The translations under genes were made by a program, and so were the position numbers. 64,000 nt of DNA, taken from Camelus dromedarius. Taxonomy: Eukaryota. The DNA lies in the NCBI RefSeq assembly GCF_036321535.1, contig NC_087438.1, positions 9,984,001-10,048,000 on the forward strand. Direction: 5' to 3'. Shown here in pieces: positions 50,867 to 63,444 of the stretch; the first letter of the stretch is position 1, and the number at the start of each line of letters is the position of its first letter. The notes beneath the pieces were generated by a model, which was given only the letters and a program-made list of their open reading frames with translations, ran no database searches and was not told the DNA's origin.

Positions 50867-52504
50867 CAGCAGTTCTCAGACTTTCTAATCTCAGAGTCCC
50901 TTCACACTTGTCAAAGGTATCAAGGACCTCGAAGGATTTTTATGTCTGCGGGTTATATCTATCAACATACACCATATTAGAAATGAAAACTGAGAAAACA
51001 TTACCTTATGGATGTATGTTAAATAATAATAATAAAGCCATTATACAGTAATATAATTAACGTAAATAATATAAATAAATAATATATAAATAATTATAAC
51101 ATAATATATTAATCTGTAATTAATATGCATAGTCATATTTGTACAACTAGAACAAATAACACGTTTATAAAGGCCAACTCCGTTTTCCAAAACAAACCAT
51201 TTTCAGTGGAAAGACTGGCACTGTTTTACATTTTTGCAAATCTCTTAAGTGCCTGACTCAACAGAACACAACTAGAGTCTCACATCTGCATTCAATCTGT
51301 TGTGATATGTCATGTTGATAAATCCGAAGACAAGCAGCCTCGTGCAGACGTGCTGCTGGGAAGCAGAAGAGCGTTTCATGGGCATTTCAGATCACTGTGG
51401 ATGTTCTTTTTTTGATGCTGCCCCAAATCTCAGCATGCGATCAGTTCTTAACAGTTAGCTGCAATGGGGAACACAAAAGTCATGGCGGTGACCTCTTCAT
51501 AGTCTACTGTATTGAAACCCATTGGGCTATTTGCTCTTTGAATGGATCTTCCACCCACACATGATTTTGAACCATCACGCATTGGTCATTTGGAAAACAC
51601 TGGCTCACTGAGTTAGGCAGATCTTCCCAGACCTGTCACAGCATATTTATACAATATTGAAAAAAACACACGTCTCTTGATACCACCTCCCATTTCATCA
51701 GAGAAGTCTTGACGTATTAAGAAAACAATCAACCTAACTGTGACGGAAGTTTTCCAAGATTCTAGCTTTCACTTGGAAGCTCAAATTTTATTATTGGCAA
51801 CAAATAATATCACTTTGTTCATTTTTGAGAAAATATCTGGCGGGTATTTAAGTCTGCATAATCATAGTTTGATCATCTGCCAGTCATCCCTTCAAGTAAA
51901 ACCAGTGCTCCATGAAGCGTGAGGCTAGTTCAGCTCATAACTCAAGACAGCCACTAAAGCTGGAGCACGTGGAACACTTTATGTATTCCCCATTCCATTA
52001 CACAGGAGTTTTTAAAAACTATACTCAAGAGAAGAGGTTTAATAAGAAGTGATCATTTTTATAGCTTCAAGGACATTTTAAGGTGAAACTTTTATATACA
52101 TATATATATTTGCAAATGTATGTGGTGAAGATTACAATGACTCCCAGTGCAGCCTTGATTTGTACCAAAGTCCCACTGGTTTTACCCACCTTTGCTTTGC
52201 ATTTTGACAGTGACATATCACAATGGTGAAAAAGGCAAATACCATCTTAGCGCTATTTTTTTAAATAAGTTTTTTGTTGCTGTTGTTCAGGGGAGGTAAT
52301 GAGGTTTACTCATTTATTTATTTATAGAGGAGGTACCAGGGATTGAACCCTTTTGTATGCTAAGCATTTGTATGCTATCACTTGAGCTATACCCTCCCCC
52401 TCCATCTTAGCTCTATTATGAAAACCTAATTTGACTTCTCATACTTCCTGAAAAGGGTCCCAGGCAACACTGGGGTTCCATGGACCATGCTTTGAGAACC
52501 CCAG
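50867..52504. mobile_element. hAT Charlie1a-like DNA transposon
   Basis: Inverted termini CAGCAGTTCTCA / TGAGAACCCCAG; Charlie1-type ends; ~1.48 kb after removing the nested SINE. Confidence 0.8.
52258..52401 (-). mobile_element. tRNA-derived SINE (Vic-1 type) nested in Charlie1a
   Basis: GGGGAGGGTATAGCTCAAGTG...GGTTCAATCCC on the minus strand; 16-bp TSD CCATCTTAGC[G/T]CTATT (52242-52257 / 52402-52417). Confidence 0.88.
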
Positions 52505-52554
52505 CCCTCCACACTCTGACTTCTGCCTTCCTTTCAGCTTCCTCCTCCCTCACT

Positions 52555-52860
52555 GGCTTGCATTGGACTCCCCCAGGAGCAGACCAAGAGACAAGGATTC
52601 AAGGGCAAGTAGTTCACTTGACCCCCAAGAAGTACTGGACAGGGAGTGGAAGTGTTGCATGAAGAAGAGAAGGAAACCAGTCCATGATGTGTTCACGAGC
52701 AGGTTCTCCCTGCAGACAACTGGGGCTCAGTCCTGCTGGGAAGGATGGAAGATGGAGTCGAGCAGGCCTCAGAGTTATCCCACCTGAGGGATGACGGAGC
52801 CGGGGCATTTATGCTCCAACTCTTGTCACCATCAGCTAACGGCTACTTGCAGGGACCTCC
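52555..52860 (-). mobile_element. ERVL LTR16-like fragment
   Basis: GCAGACCAAGAGACAAGGATT...CAACTGGGGCTCAGTCCTGCTGGG...AGAGTTATCCCACC. Confidence 0.6.
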
Positions 52861-55800
52861 TCTACCCGCTCCCCCTCCACAGCCTACAGATGCTACTTCC
52901 CTGCTAGTGTGCTGATCCTACAAATGCATGTGTATATGGACTCATGATCCTCAAATGAGAAAAAGGGAAATGCCAGATGCTCAATCCGTCTTTCAAAGTT
53001 TCCCAAGAGCCATCGTGTGCCTGAATTCTGCACCTAACACGGAAAGCACAAATGAAACCCAAATGAAGAACAAATGAATGAGTGATGCATAAGAAAGAGC
53101 ATAGTGATGGCAGAAAAGAGCTTTCCTTTCTGGATTTCACACAGATTGGATTTTATTCTTCCAAAGCAAGCAGCTAAGACATATTTTGGCACTGCTTACT
53201 TGCAGTGCCAAATAGCATAAACCAGGAGAAAAACTTAATAGAAACTTCACAAATCACCCAGTAACATATGATTCATTTTTATGTCTATTACAATTTTCAA
53301 ATACCTTGTCAGTGGAATAGAAACCTCCTTAGTAAAATCTATTTCTTTTGTCTGGCGCTTTAGAAGAACTGAGCTCTGAGATTGACAGTAGGGTTCACAA
53401 ACCCTTTTTCAGGGCTATTAAATCCACTGCTGGGAAAATGCTAATTCCCTGGAGCCTTTTTTCAAGCTCAGGTCTGCAGGAGATTCAATCCCAAATTTAA
53501 ATGCCCAGGTGCATGATTTCATATGTGCTTTGAATAATGGTGTCTGCTCTCAGCAAATCAAACAGAATTAGGAAAAGCAATTGCCTGCAGGGGTTTTCAT
53601 TTTGTATTAGTGACATGAGATCATTCACAGGCCCCTCCATTTTAACAATTCAGCATTGTGGAATTAGGAACCTTTCCACAAATCCACCATAGAACTCAAA
53701 GTGTTCGTTTTCTTCCTATGATGGGAGGTGAAGGAAATAGGTGTTCTGAAATGCAGGCAATGTCAAGGCAGATGTGGGAGGCATTTGCTCAGTGAAAAAT
53801 GTGTGTATCTTTTTTTCTTACAGAAGAGAGACAATATTTGATTATAATTATTTCCACAGTGCTGGAGATGCTGGTCCTGATCAAGGAAGCTAAGTGTATA
53901 AAACAAAATACACCAAAGTGTAAGAGGTCAAAGAGAAGCAAACAAATAGAAACATGGAAATGAAACTATGACGGATGATCAAATATAACCTATGCCTCGC
54001 ACTCATTGCAGAACTGCCGAAACCTCCAAACCCAGATGGTCTTCAAATATCTGGGGCCTCAATATCCCAGGAGTGGTATCCTTAGGCAGACTGCAGATTA
54101 CAAAGCATCCAAAAGAAATACACATGAGAAACCAGAGGGGCTTGGCTGGCGGCAGAAGGCAGCCCCTGACCAGACTGCATGCCATACCCCGTATTCATGG
54201 TCCTTGGGTTTAAGTTGGCACCTGGCTGCCCAGGACCTGCTAAGAGATGGTCAGGCAAGCCCACATTTGGGAAGCACAGGGCAAGATGTCACGAGGCTCT
54301 CTAAAGAGAGACTACAGAATATTAGTGGGTGGGGAGTCCCCCTAAAAGAGCTTTTACAGCATCCCTGAGACTCACTGCCCTTGCAGAGTTACCCTGCAGA
54401 GTAACTCTGGCATCTGCCTAATTGTACTCTTAAGCTTCATGAGCAAGACTTTACAAGCTCTGACTCCTGCTAAGGTCATCAACAGTATATTTCCACTTCT
54501 GCTAAAAGCCTGACATTTGGTACCTTGGTCCTCCTTCCTGCTCATTGTCCTCCCAGTGGCTTTCCTCATGAGTCCCCTGATCTTAACATCCCTGGACCTG
54601 GCTCCCCTCACTTCTGTGTCCTCTGGGAAGCAGCTTGCCCACCAGTGGGGCAGCAGCTGGATCCTCTGAGAATCCCAGCATCTCAGGGACTCAAAGAGAG
54701 GAAACTCCATTCCAGAAATCGGTAACCTCAGCCTTGAAATATTTCCAAGTCCCTAAAGGCTAATTTAGCCCCCACCCCAGACCTCAACCATCAACAGAGC
54801 TTTCAGCTACTTTTAGTATTAGGACAGGAATCAGAATGGGCTCCAAAGAGCAGAGTGCCCCAGAAGAGCCTTGGCACGTATGCTGGTACGTGCACAGCAC
54901 ATACGCTTACAGTTACTGGTGCTTGCCACGTGCCACGTTCAGTGATGAGCTGTCAATACACATCTGCTTATTTAAGCCTCACAACAACGTTATGGGGGTA
55001 GATGAATGGCTGTAGTGCCCATTTTAAAGGAAGTGGAGGCAAAGAGAGGTGAAGAAATTTGTCTAAATGACACAATCAGAAAGTGGCAGAGCTGGGAGTC
55101 GCAGCAGGATGGTCGGTCTGTACAGCCTGACTACCAGCGTGACCCAGATTTGAGGACAACAGGGTGAGACAACAAAGTGTTTATATTTCTGGTTGACACC
55201 CAACTATTATTTCTTTTTAAGAAATGCTGCAATTCGTATTTTAATCATTCATTTCAGTGTATAGGCATGTATTAAGCTCTGACGCTTTCTTTGTGGATTA
55301 AAAACTTCATGAAGTAAATCAAACAGGTGTAAGTAAATATGCTATAATTCTAGAGCCATCAATGAGATGTTTGATTCAGAAAGATGGTATTTGTGAACCC
55401 CTGTGGAAACTTCCCACCCCCAAAGAACAGAGGATGAACAGGGGCATGGATCCACCCAGTAGGGCACCCTACTCTTGAATGTGTAATGTGCTTTCTCGTT
55501 CAGACAAACTCCAATCACCATTTTAAAGTGAACTAATTCATGATGAGTAACGAGGATCTAAGTGCAGCCAAAGAGTTGGTCTAAGTGTTGCCGGTTTAAA
55601 AAGAAATGTTTGGTGGGGTAAACATGGATGAGTATGTTGCATAATTAGATGCTGAGGATAAAGGAGATGTCAAATTCCAGGTCCACAGATATTTATTAAG
55701 CATTTTCATCCTGCAGCGGCTGTAAGAGATGGGTAAGATCAGCTAGAGACATCTCTGATCTCAAGGTGCTTACATACAAATTTGAGAAGCAGAGAGATAA

Positions 55801-57079
55801 GGCAAATACAAAAATAACAAGAATATAAAGTAGATTTATCATATCAGGACAACTGCAGACAAAAGGAAAAATATGCTCAGGATTCACAAGAAGGGAGAGA
55901 TTTCATATAGCTTGGGACCGAAAGACGGTGTTTTAGGGACTTTTATGGGCACAGAAAAGGGTTGTGGGCATGTGTGCACCCTCTCTGCCCCTCTTCCCCC
56001 TGCCCCAGCCTGAGGTTACAAGTCCAACCCCACTCTCATTGGAGGCTGTGGAATGATGCTGGTGGGTCATCCCTCTCCTGGGCCAGGGCCGGAATTCTCT
56101 GCTGATGCTTCTGACTCCATCCAAGCACGTCTACTGTCCAGGTCCCTCTGAAGTCACAAGGAGAGGGTCTGGATTGCTACCAGAGTATTTTGTCCCTTGC
56201 GGAAGACCAAGGAAACAGCCTCTGTTGCCAAAGTGTTGGTCTAAGTGTTACCTATTTAAAAAGAAATGTTGGGGGGGGGGGAACCCACGGATGAATAATT
56301 TGGTATTGGGGATAAAATAAAAATCGTTAGAGAAGCCAGCATTTTCAGGAAGGAAGAGGGCTACAGTGTTTGACATTCAGGGGGATGTAAACAGCATGTT
56401 AGTCTAGAAGAGAGGATGAGTAGAAGGAGGAAGAAAAAAATCAATTTATAAACAACTAACCCACTGCCTACGTGGAACACATGATGAAAAAAGGCTGGTT
56501 AGTAGGAAGACATACCTATTGGGTTCCTAACTAATGCTGTCCTATGAGTTATTTCTTCCATTGTGTTTGCTCAAGTTTGCATGTTACATTCAGACAGATG
56601 GCATCCTTCTACAACAGTCAAGGTAATGTCCCAGATTCTTCTCTGTATTTGATTGCTGTGATTTAAAAAAAAAAACTACTGACAGGGACTTTGGAATCAT
56701 TTTAACATACACAGGGTAACAGCAAATACAAGGAGTAAATATCTATTATAAATGTAAATGTCTAGCAGTAAATGTCTCTGATATGGTAGTGTATATCTAC
56801 TTTGTTTAGAGTAAACTCTGCAAGTTACATCTTTTTTATTAAAATGGATAATATTTAAGTACACTTGATGTGGCCAATTAATGAACAATGCAGTGGAAGC
56901 ATTAATCAATTTAACAAATTATGCTATTTTATAATATCATCAACTTGGAATTCTTATGTAAAAGTCAGTGAAACAGCCTTGAGTGCACAGTTCCTCAGAG
57001 TGCTCACGATAATGCTATTAAGCCTGAGTTACTAGACTTGTGGGCTACATTTTCATCTGAATTAATATGATTCAGCCCG

Positions 57080-58860
57080 AAGGCAAAAGAACATATTAAA
57101 ATAGGGCTCCTTGGAGAAATGGCTAATTCTAGGACTGGAGCAAGAGAGTACTATATGCTCCTGGAACAACTTGTTAGGCCAAAAAGTAAGGAAAGAAAGG
57201 ATGGAATTAAAAGGACATAGGAGCCAGCTTGAAGGACCTCCTAACTGACCAAATATGGAACAATTTTAGCCCCAAAATATACTAAAAATTATTCATTATA
57301 TCCTATAATTCATGGTATAAAGTATAAATTAACAAGCCCATACTGATTTAAAAAGTAAATGAGGGAGAAGAGAAAGTGATTCCTCACAGAAGAATGCTAA
57401 CTAACAAATGTAGAAAAACCGAGAGTTAGAAAATAATCCTTTTATAACCATCATGGTAACAGCTAATTCAAGAATTATCAATGGCTGCAAGACATAAGGT
57501 GAATGTATGAAGAACAATAGGGAATTTACATAGTTCATAGTACTTCTCAACAGCCTACTTATAAATCACAAAAGGGAAAACAGTGATTTCCAGTGAAAAA
57601 ACCTGACACATGCGACATTAATCAAGGATTGAAGTTAACATCACCACTAACAGGACAAACAGGCATCAAGTGTCTCCGGATGTGATGCACTGGGAAGAAC
57701 ACAATATCACTCATGCAGGATTTGCCCAGAATATATAACCTAATGTAGTTGTTACCAAGGCTGTTGTCCCAGAATCATACCACCACCCCTCCCTCAAATA
57801 GAAACCTATTGCTTTTATCTACATTTCAGGAGGGAACTGCGAAGAGACAAAAAACAAGGACTGGTTAGAACCAACTAGGCTCAAGATGGCAGAAGATTTG
57901 ACTTCCAGGAAATCTTGAGCCTCGTTATACACTCATTGTACTATATTAGCATGCTAAAGACATACCCACCAGCACCCTGACAGTTGACGGTTGCCATGAC
58001 AACAACCATAAACATCCATGCAAGGACTGAAAGGGAGTGTTGCATCATTTCCAGGTCCAAGCCACACCCCTATTCTCGGATAAGTCATGAATGTCTTTCC
58101 TACTCTTTCCAGTTCCCTCCCTTTTTACCTGACTGTCCTATAAATTTGGTCTCCGCTCAAATTGAATTGGGAAGTTGATTTTCAAACTAGGTTCCTGCTT
58201 CTCCATTCTTTGGCCCTTGAGTAAAGTCTGTGCTGTTCCAGCCTCAGCATCGGTTTCATGATTGGCTGCGAAAATCCAATCAGAAAATGAACCTCTCTGG
58301 TGGAGACAAAGGGTCTCGGCCCGGGCTAGGACCTCAGCTCAGGCCCAGTCGACCAGTTTAGTCACATAATCAACAGGAAAGGACAGCCTACAAAATAACT
58401 GACCAATAATCTTTTAAAAGCAATGACATGACAGATAAAGAAAGGTTGAAGAACTGTTTCAGGTTAAAGGTGAAAACAAAACCATGGCAACTAAATACAA
58501 TGTGTGGTTTTGAAGTAAGCTCCAGATTAGGGCTGGGGAGATGAGAGAGAGGGGCAGGGACTGCCATGATATTATTGAAACAATTAGCGAGATCTGTATA
58601 TGAGCTGGGTAACAGGTAATACTATTGAATCAATGTTAAATTTTCTGAATTTGATATCTGTGGTTAAATAACAAATTCCTCTTGGTCTTGGGAAATATAC
58701 ACTGAAACATTTAGGGATAAAAGAGCATGCTATCTAAAACTAACTCTGAATGGTTCAGGAAAAGCAAATGTGGCAAAATGTTAATGACTGGTGAATCTGG
58801 GTGAAGTGCATACCTTTGTACTATTTTCACAACTCTTCTATACACTTGAAAGTATTAAAT
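57080..58860 (+). mobile_element. Old L1MC/MD/ME 3'UTR, split by an LTR
   Basis: GCTCCTTGGAGAAATGGCT...GTTAACATCACCA...CAACTAAATACAATGTG...GGTGAATCTGGGTGAAG. Confidence 0.75.
57750..58366 (+). mobile_element. ERV1 solo LTR, MER41-like
   Basis: TG...CA termini, flanks TAGT/TAAT, ATTAGCATGCTAAAGACATACCCACCAGCACC.TGACAGTT...GCCATGACAAC motif, TATAAA and AGTAAA. Confidence 0.7.
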
Positions 58861-59089
58861 GATGCATTAACATCCCCTCCTGTCATTTTGTTCCAGGAGT
58901 CCATAATAGTCCTACTGATGGAACAGCTACCAACTCAGGAAGTCCTACTGATTATCATCTCTGCCTTATGGACAGCACATTACAATGTCTCATTCCATTT
59001 TCACCACAATACAGTGAGGTCATTACTATTGTCCCAATCTTACCAATGAGAAAAACAGAGATTTAGAAAGGTTAAATAATAGGTTAGAT

Positions 59090-59502
59090 CAGGTGACTAC
59101 TCAATCAATAGTCACACACACACAACCTCCATGAGCAAAGTATACTTTCCCCATCCTATATTTGTTGGGCTTGGGCCATGGGATTTAATCTGGAAAAAAG
59201 GGATGTTAGTGGACAAGATATGAGTAGAAGCTTAAAATGTGATTGCATGGTTGGGCTTACACTTTTGCGCTTCTGCCATCACTATAAGAAAAGCATGTCT
59301 TGGGTAGGTGTTGCTGGTCCAAGGAGGATGAGAAACATGTGAAGTGGTCCTGGACTTAAGGCACAACATGAAGACAAGCCCAGGTGAGCCCAGACTAGAT
59401 CAGCCAACACCAAGCAAACCCAAGGATGCACGCTTTGAGACGTTACTGAGCTTTAGTGTCGTTTGTTCTATAACATTATGGTGTCAGTTGGTAACTGAAA
59501 CA
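59090..59502 (+). mobile_element. MaLR LTR (MLT1H/I-like) inserted in a MIR
   Basis: TTGGGCTTGGGCCATG...CTTCTGCCATCACTATAAGAA...AACTGAAACA; MIR-like sequence on both sides. Confidence 0.75.
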
Positions 59503-60206
59503 GCTCACGTGGCTGAAATTACACAGATAGTAAGAATTGGAACCAGGATGCTCAACCAACCAAGTTGTTGTGGTGACTTACATCATGCCTGTATCAAAGA
59601 GCATTTCCAAGAGACTTGCTATTCATAGTGATAATTCATGACCCTTAAAACTCCTAAGACATTTTCTGAATCATAAATTAAAAATGATTATAGCAAAAAT
59701 TGCAAATGTGTTTTATCTTCATGTTTTAGTAATTGGTAATTAAAGTATATTTAATTAATCTTTCTGTTTACCAGCCTGGTTAAATGGTAATTTAATTTTT
59801 CAACTTCAATAACCACCCAAAATATTCAATATACATAGATTTCAAGTGGTGTGAACTAGAGGCATTGCTTGAATAATCACCAGCCTCTAATGTCAGATGG
59901 AAAAGTCAATTCTGTAAAAACTGGAGTGAATTTTCTAGCAAAGGTTTTTACTCGTCTGTGTCCTAAGACACAACAGAATAGATTTCCTTGGATATTTTGG
60001 CTCTCTGGTTTTATTCCTACTCAGAACCCAAGATGAAAAATCACACTGGTTCTTAAATTTTAGATCCAAAGAGAATTTCCCATTTAAATCTAAAGAGAAG
60101 TTGTGTTTGTTAGTTTTTCCCAATTACTAAAAATATCCCTACACTTTTGCTAAAATATTAAAAACATCTTCTTTTTACAAAGGAATTTTTTTCAGCCAAA
60201 AAAGGT

Positions 60207-60418
60207 TTCTTTCTCTTTTTCTTTCTTTCTTTCTTTTTCTTTCTTTCTTTCTTTTTCTTTCTTTCTTTCTTTTGCTTTCTTTCTTTCTTTCTTTCTTTCT
60301 TCCTTTCTTCCTTTCTTTCTTCCTTTCTTCCTTTCTTCCTTTCTTTCTTTCTTCCTTTCTTCCTTTCTTTCTTCCTTTCTTCCTTTCTTCCTTCCTTTCT
60401 TTCTTTCTTTCTTTTTTT
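60207..60418. repeat. Compound (TTTC)n/(TTCCTTTC)n polypyrimidine microsatellite
   Basis: Direct reading, ~210 bp almost purely C/T. Confidence 0.97.
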
Positions 60419-63400
60419 AAGTTACATTTACCTCAAGACCAAATCCCGTAACAGGGAAGTGTCTGGAATTGTGGCACAAATTGTGACTTGAGGCTGTAAC
60501 TGTCATTCGGTCATACAACAGGGCCTGTCTTTCTGCAGATCTAGTTTGAGGTAAGCAAAATCCAATTTCCTGATAAAAGAAAGCACACCCCCTGCTAATT
60601 TCTTTGAGATGGTGCTGTTAATATCCATTCAAATGAGATAAAGAGGAGGGGAGAGAGGGAGTAAGCAAAGAATTAAAAATGGAAAAATTGTGAAGTTAAT
60701 GCTCAGGCAAGAATATGTGATTGTATGTATGCATCGTGTGGGAAATCTAATATGATGAGAATTTGGGGTTCTGTCTCTTTAAAACTTCAAATGTACATAA
60801 AGATGAACTCCCTAAAATACAACCTTATTTTCTAATATGAAAGAATGATTTTTTTTCCTCTTGTCCAAAAAAGGCAGATTATTTGCAGAAACTGAAGTTA
60901 AAAATAGCTCTGGTGATATTGTCTACAAAGCTGAGAAATGTTCTTTTTTGTTTCATATTCTCGTCAAAGAGAGACGGCAAAGGGAGTGTGAAATAAAGGG
61001 TGAGAAGACAAACACTCTTTGTAGAAGAACAGAACTCAAAAAACTCCCACTGACTTATGAAAAGTAAAGAAAGTCGATAGCTAAGCTAATTTCGTAAGAA
61101 GGAAGATTTAGTAAGTGAGTGACTGAATAGGTATAATTTCTTTTTAGGCGGTATTAGCACTAGTCTCCTTGTAGGCGCTCATAAACAATACATGTTCTTC
61201 TGCCATCTTAGCTGGAAAAAAAAAAGGACCTCCCACAACCCCAATAAAAAGATTAAAACAAAACAATTGATGGGGGCCAGAAGAAACTCCAAACAGGTAG
61301 AATGTTCCACTGCTTCCCCTTCTTAATGTGTCTGCAGCACATGCAAGAATCTTCTTAGATAAGAAACAAGCAGACAGACAGGAATAAGGGCTGTAATTTT
61401 GACTTCATAACAAAGCTCTGATCCTAATTTATGGGCTCCAGTTTTTTTCCTAGTAAGACACAAGATCATTTTTATTTTTATTTTCATAGGAAAGGAAGTC
61501 AGTACTTGATTTTACAACAATTGCAATGGAATAATATTTAACAAATGTGGAAGCTTTAAATGAGATGTAAACTATAACAGAAGTGGCAAGGCAGGAAATG
61601 AGCATCTGTAGACTGCTTCATGAAGCAAGACCAGGGTCTCATTAAAAATTCAGAAAATGCCTGTTACCCCACAATGCTATAAGATGTATTAGAAAAAGAT
61701 TCATCAATGAACCAGTGAAACATGTTATGCAGATTAGTTCAGAGTCCTTTGACATTAAAGAAATCATAAAAACCAACCTAAAAAAAGAGTCCATTATGCC
61801 ATTTGGAATTCAGGTTTCTAGTTCCAAACCATTTGGTAGCCTGAATTATCTTTTTAATGGAAAGAATCTGGTATGACTGATAAATGAAAAGTGAAACAGT
61901 AGTCACATATGTAATAAAGAACGCAGACCCCCACGCGTGATATTCTCACTATGCTAAACTGCAGTTACCTGGAAAAGAAGCTATGTGAAATATGAATTGG
62001 TAGACATGCTAACACTGCAATTCATACTGCCTATTACGTTTACCATATACTATTGGTAAGTGCAGGTTAAAGAAATGTCTTTAATATTTTTAAGCTTTAT
62101 TTTCCCCTTTTGAATTAGGATTTTAAAGTGGTGAGACAATGCAATCCACTTGTTTAAGGAGGCGATTCCCAATTCTGAAAGCATGTGTTGTTTTCTAAGC
62201 ACTTCCTCTAGCCAGGCAGCAGGCTGAGATGGTCCAGCCACGATTTGAACTGAGCAATCTTACTCGCTTCACCTCCCAAACATGCATTTAGAATGTGATT
62301 TCACTGCTTCCTCCCCCTAATATCCCCTCACACTCGTTGGCTCTAGACAGCAGTGACGTTGGAGTCTTTTACCCCGTTCCACTCCCACTCCGGCAGATGC
62401 CTGAGGTGAGAGGGAGGCACAAAGCTGGAGTGTGGGCTGTGGAAACCTCCTACCCAACAACATCGCTCTCTGGGGTTCTGGAGTGGGTATGTCCTTGCTC
62501 TGCTGCGTGGAGACACTGGGAGAGCAGCCACTGTCACTGTATCAGGGGCTCAACCCAGCTTCACCTCATCTGGGCCAACTGAAAGGGCCATCACTCTCCA
62601 CATTCCCTGCCAGCAAGTGTAGGGCATTTTTTTCCGGGATGAGTAGGGTCTTCCAATAACCCAGGTGGGGAATTCTCCCACCCCAAGAGATGCAGCTTGT
62701 CTTTCCAGCTCTTATTTTCCCACTGTCCCAATTTCTACAACATTTACTTTAAGTGATATTAAATACTTCCTGAAAGAACGTTGGATGTAAATAAATAAAG
62801 CACTTCTCTGAGGCAACAGAGCTGGCTTGCCAATCTCATTCATGCCACTGTTTATTTAGTTTCCAGACTGAATGGCACCCAACTCAGAGTTCATGAGGTT
62901 GTTTCAAAAATGAGCTGACATAAACAGATAGGCAACTACATCGGACTGAAGCATCTGAGCTACTCTCTGCAACTCTAAAGGAGCTTCTGTAGTACCATTT
63001 TGCTAAAGATGACTTCATATCAAGTATCAGTTTATTTTCTTTAACAAGAGTACGTGGCAGTGCAAGGGATTATTACTGATGCCTGAAGTTCCTTAACTGG
63101 AACATATCTTTCATCAAATCAGAGAAAAGTTTGAAAGGCAATCCCCTTGATAATTTGATTTAACTCTACACTAAGTATAAATTATCAGTAACTCACGGTG
63201 AGAAAGAAGGGAAAGGAGAGAGAAATTCTGGTGCCTGCAGAAGATAGGGAAAGTGAATACCCTACTAGACAATTAATTTCTTGAGTAATTTCTTTAAATT
63301 ACTCTATTACTGAATATAGGCCCAATAAACATTTTCCAAGTAAATGAAAAATGGAGGAAAGTTGAGAGAAGGGAAATTTTTGAACATGAAAACTGATTCT

Positions 63401-63444
63401 ACATCTTTGCTTTTAAAAATGGTAGTCAAATAGTATTTTGGCAA

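Noticed and set aside
53185..53212. miR-96-like hairpin (starts TTTGGCACT)
   Set aside because: Match is only 9 nt and the stem is far too short for a pre-miRNA
54376..54413. 9-bp stem CAGAGTTAC...GTAACTCTG
   Set aside because: Short enough to be expected by chance in 64 kb
60861..61067. 68-aa ORF with protein-like composition
   Set aside because: Non-ATG start, weak acceptor and no recognisable homology
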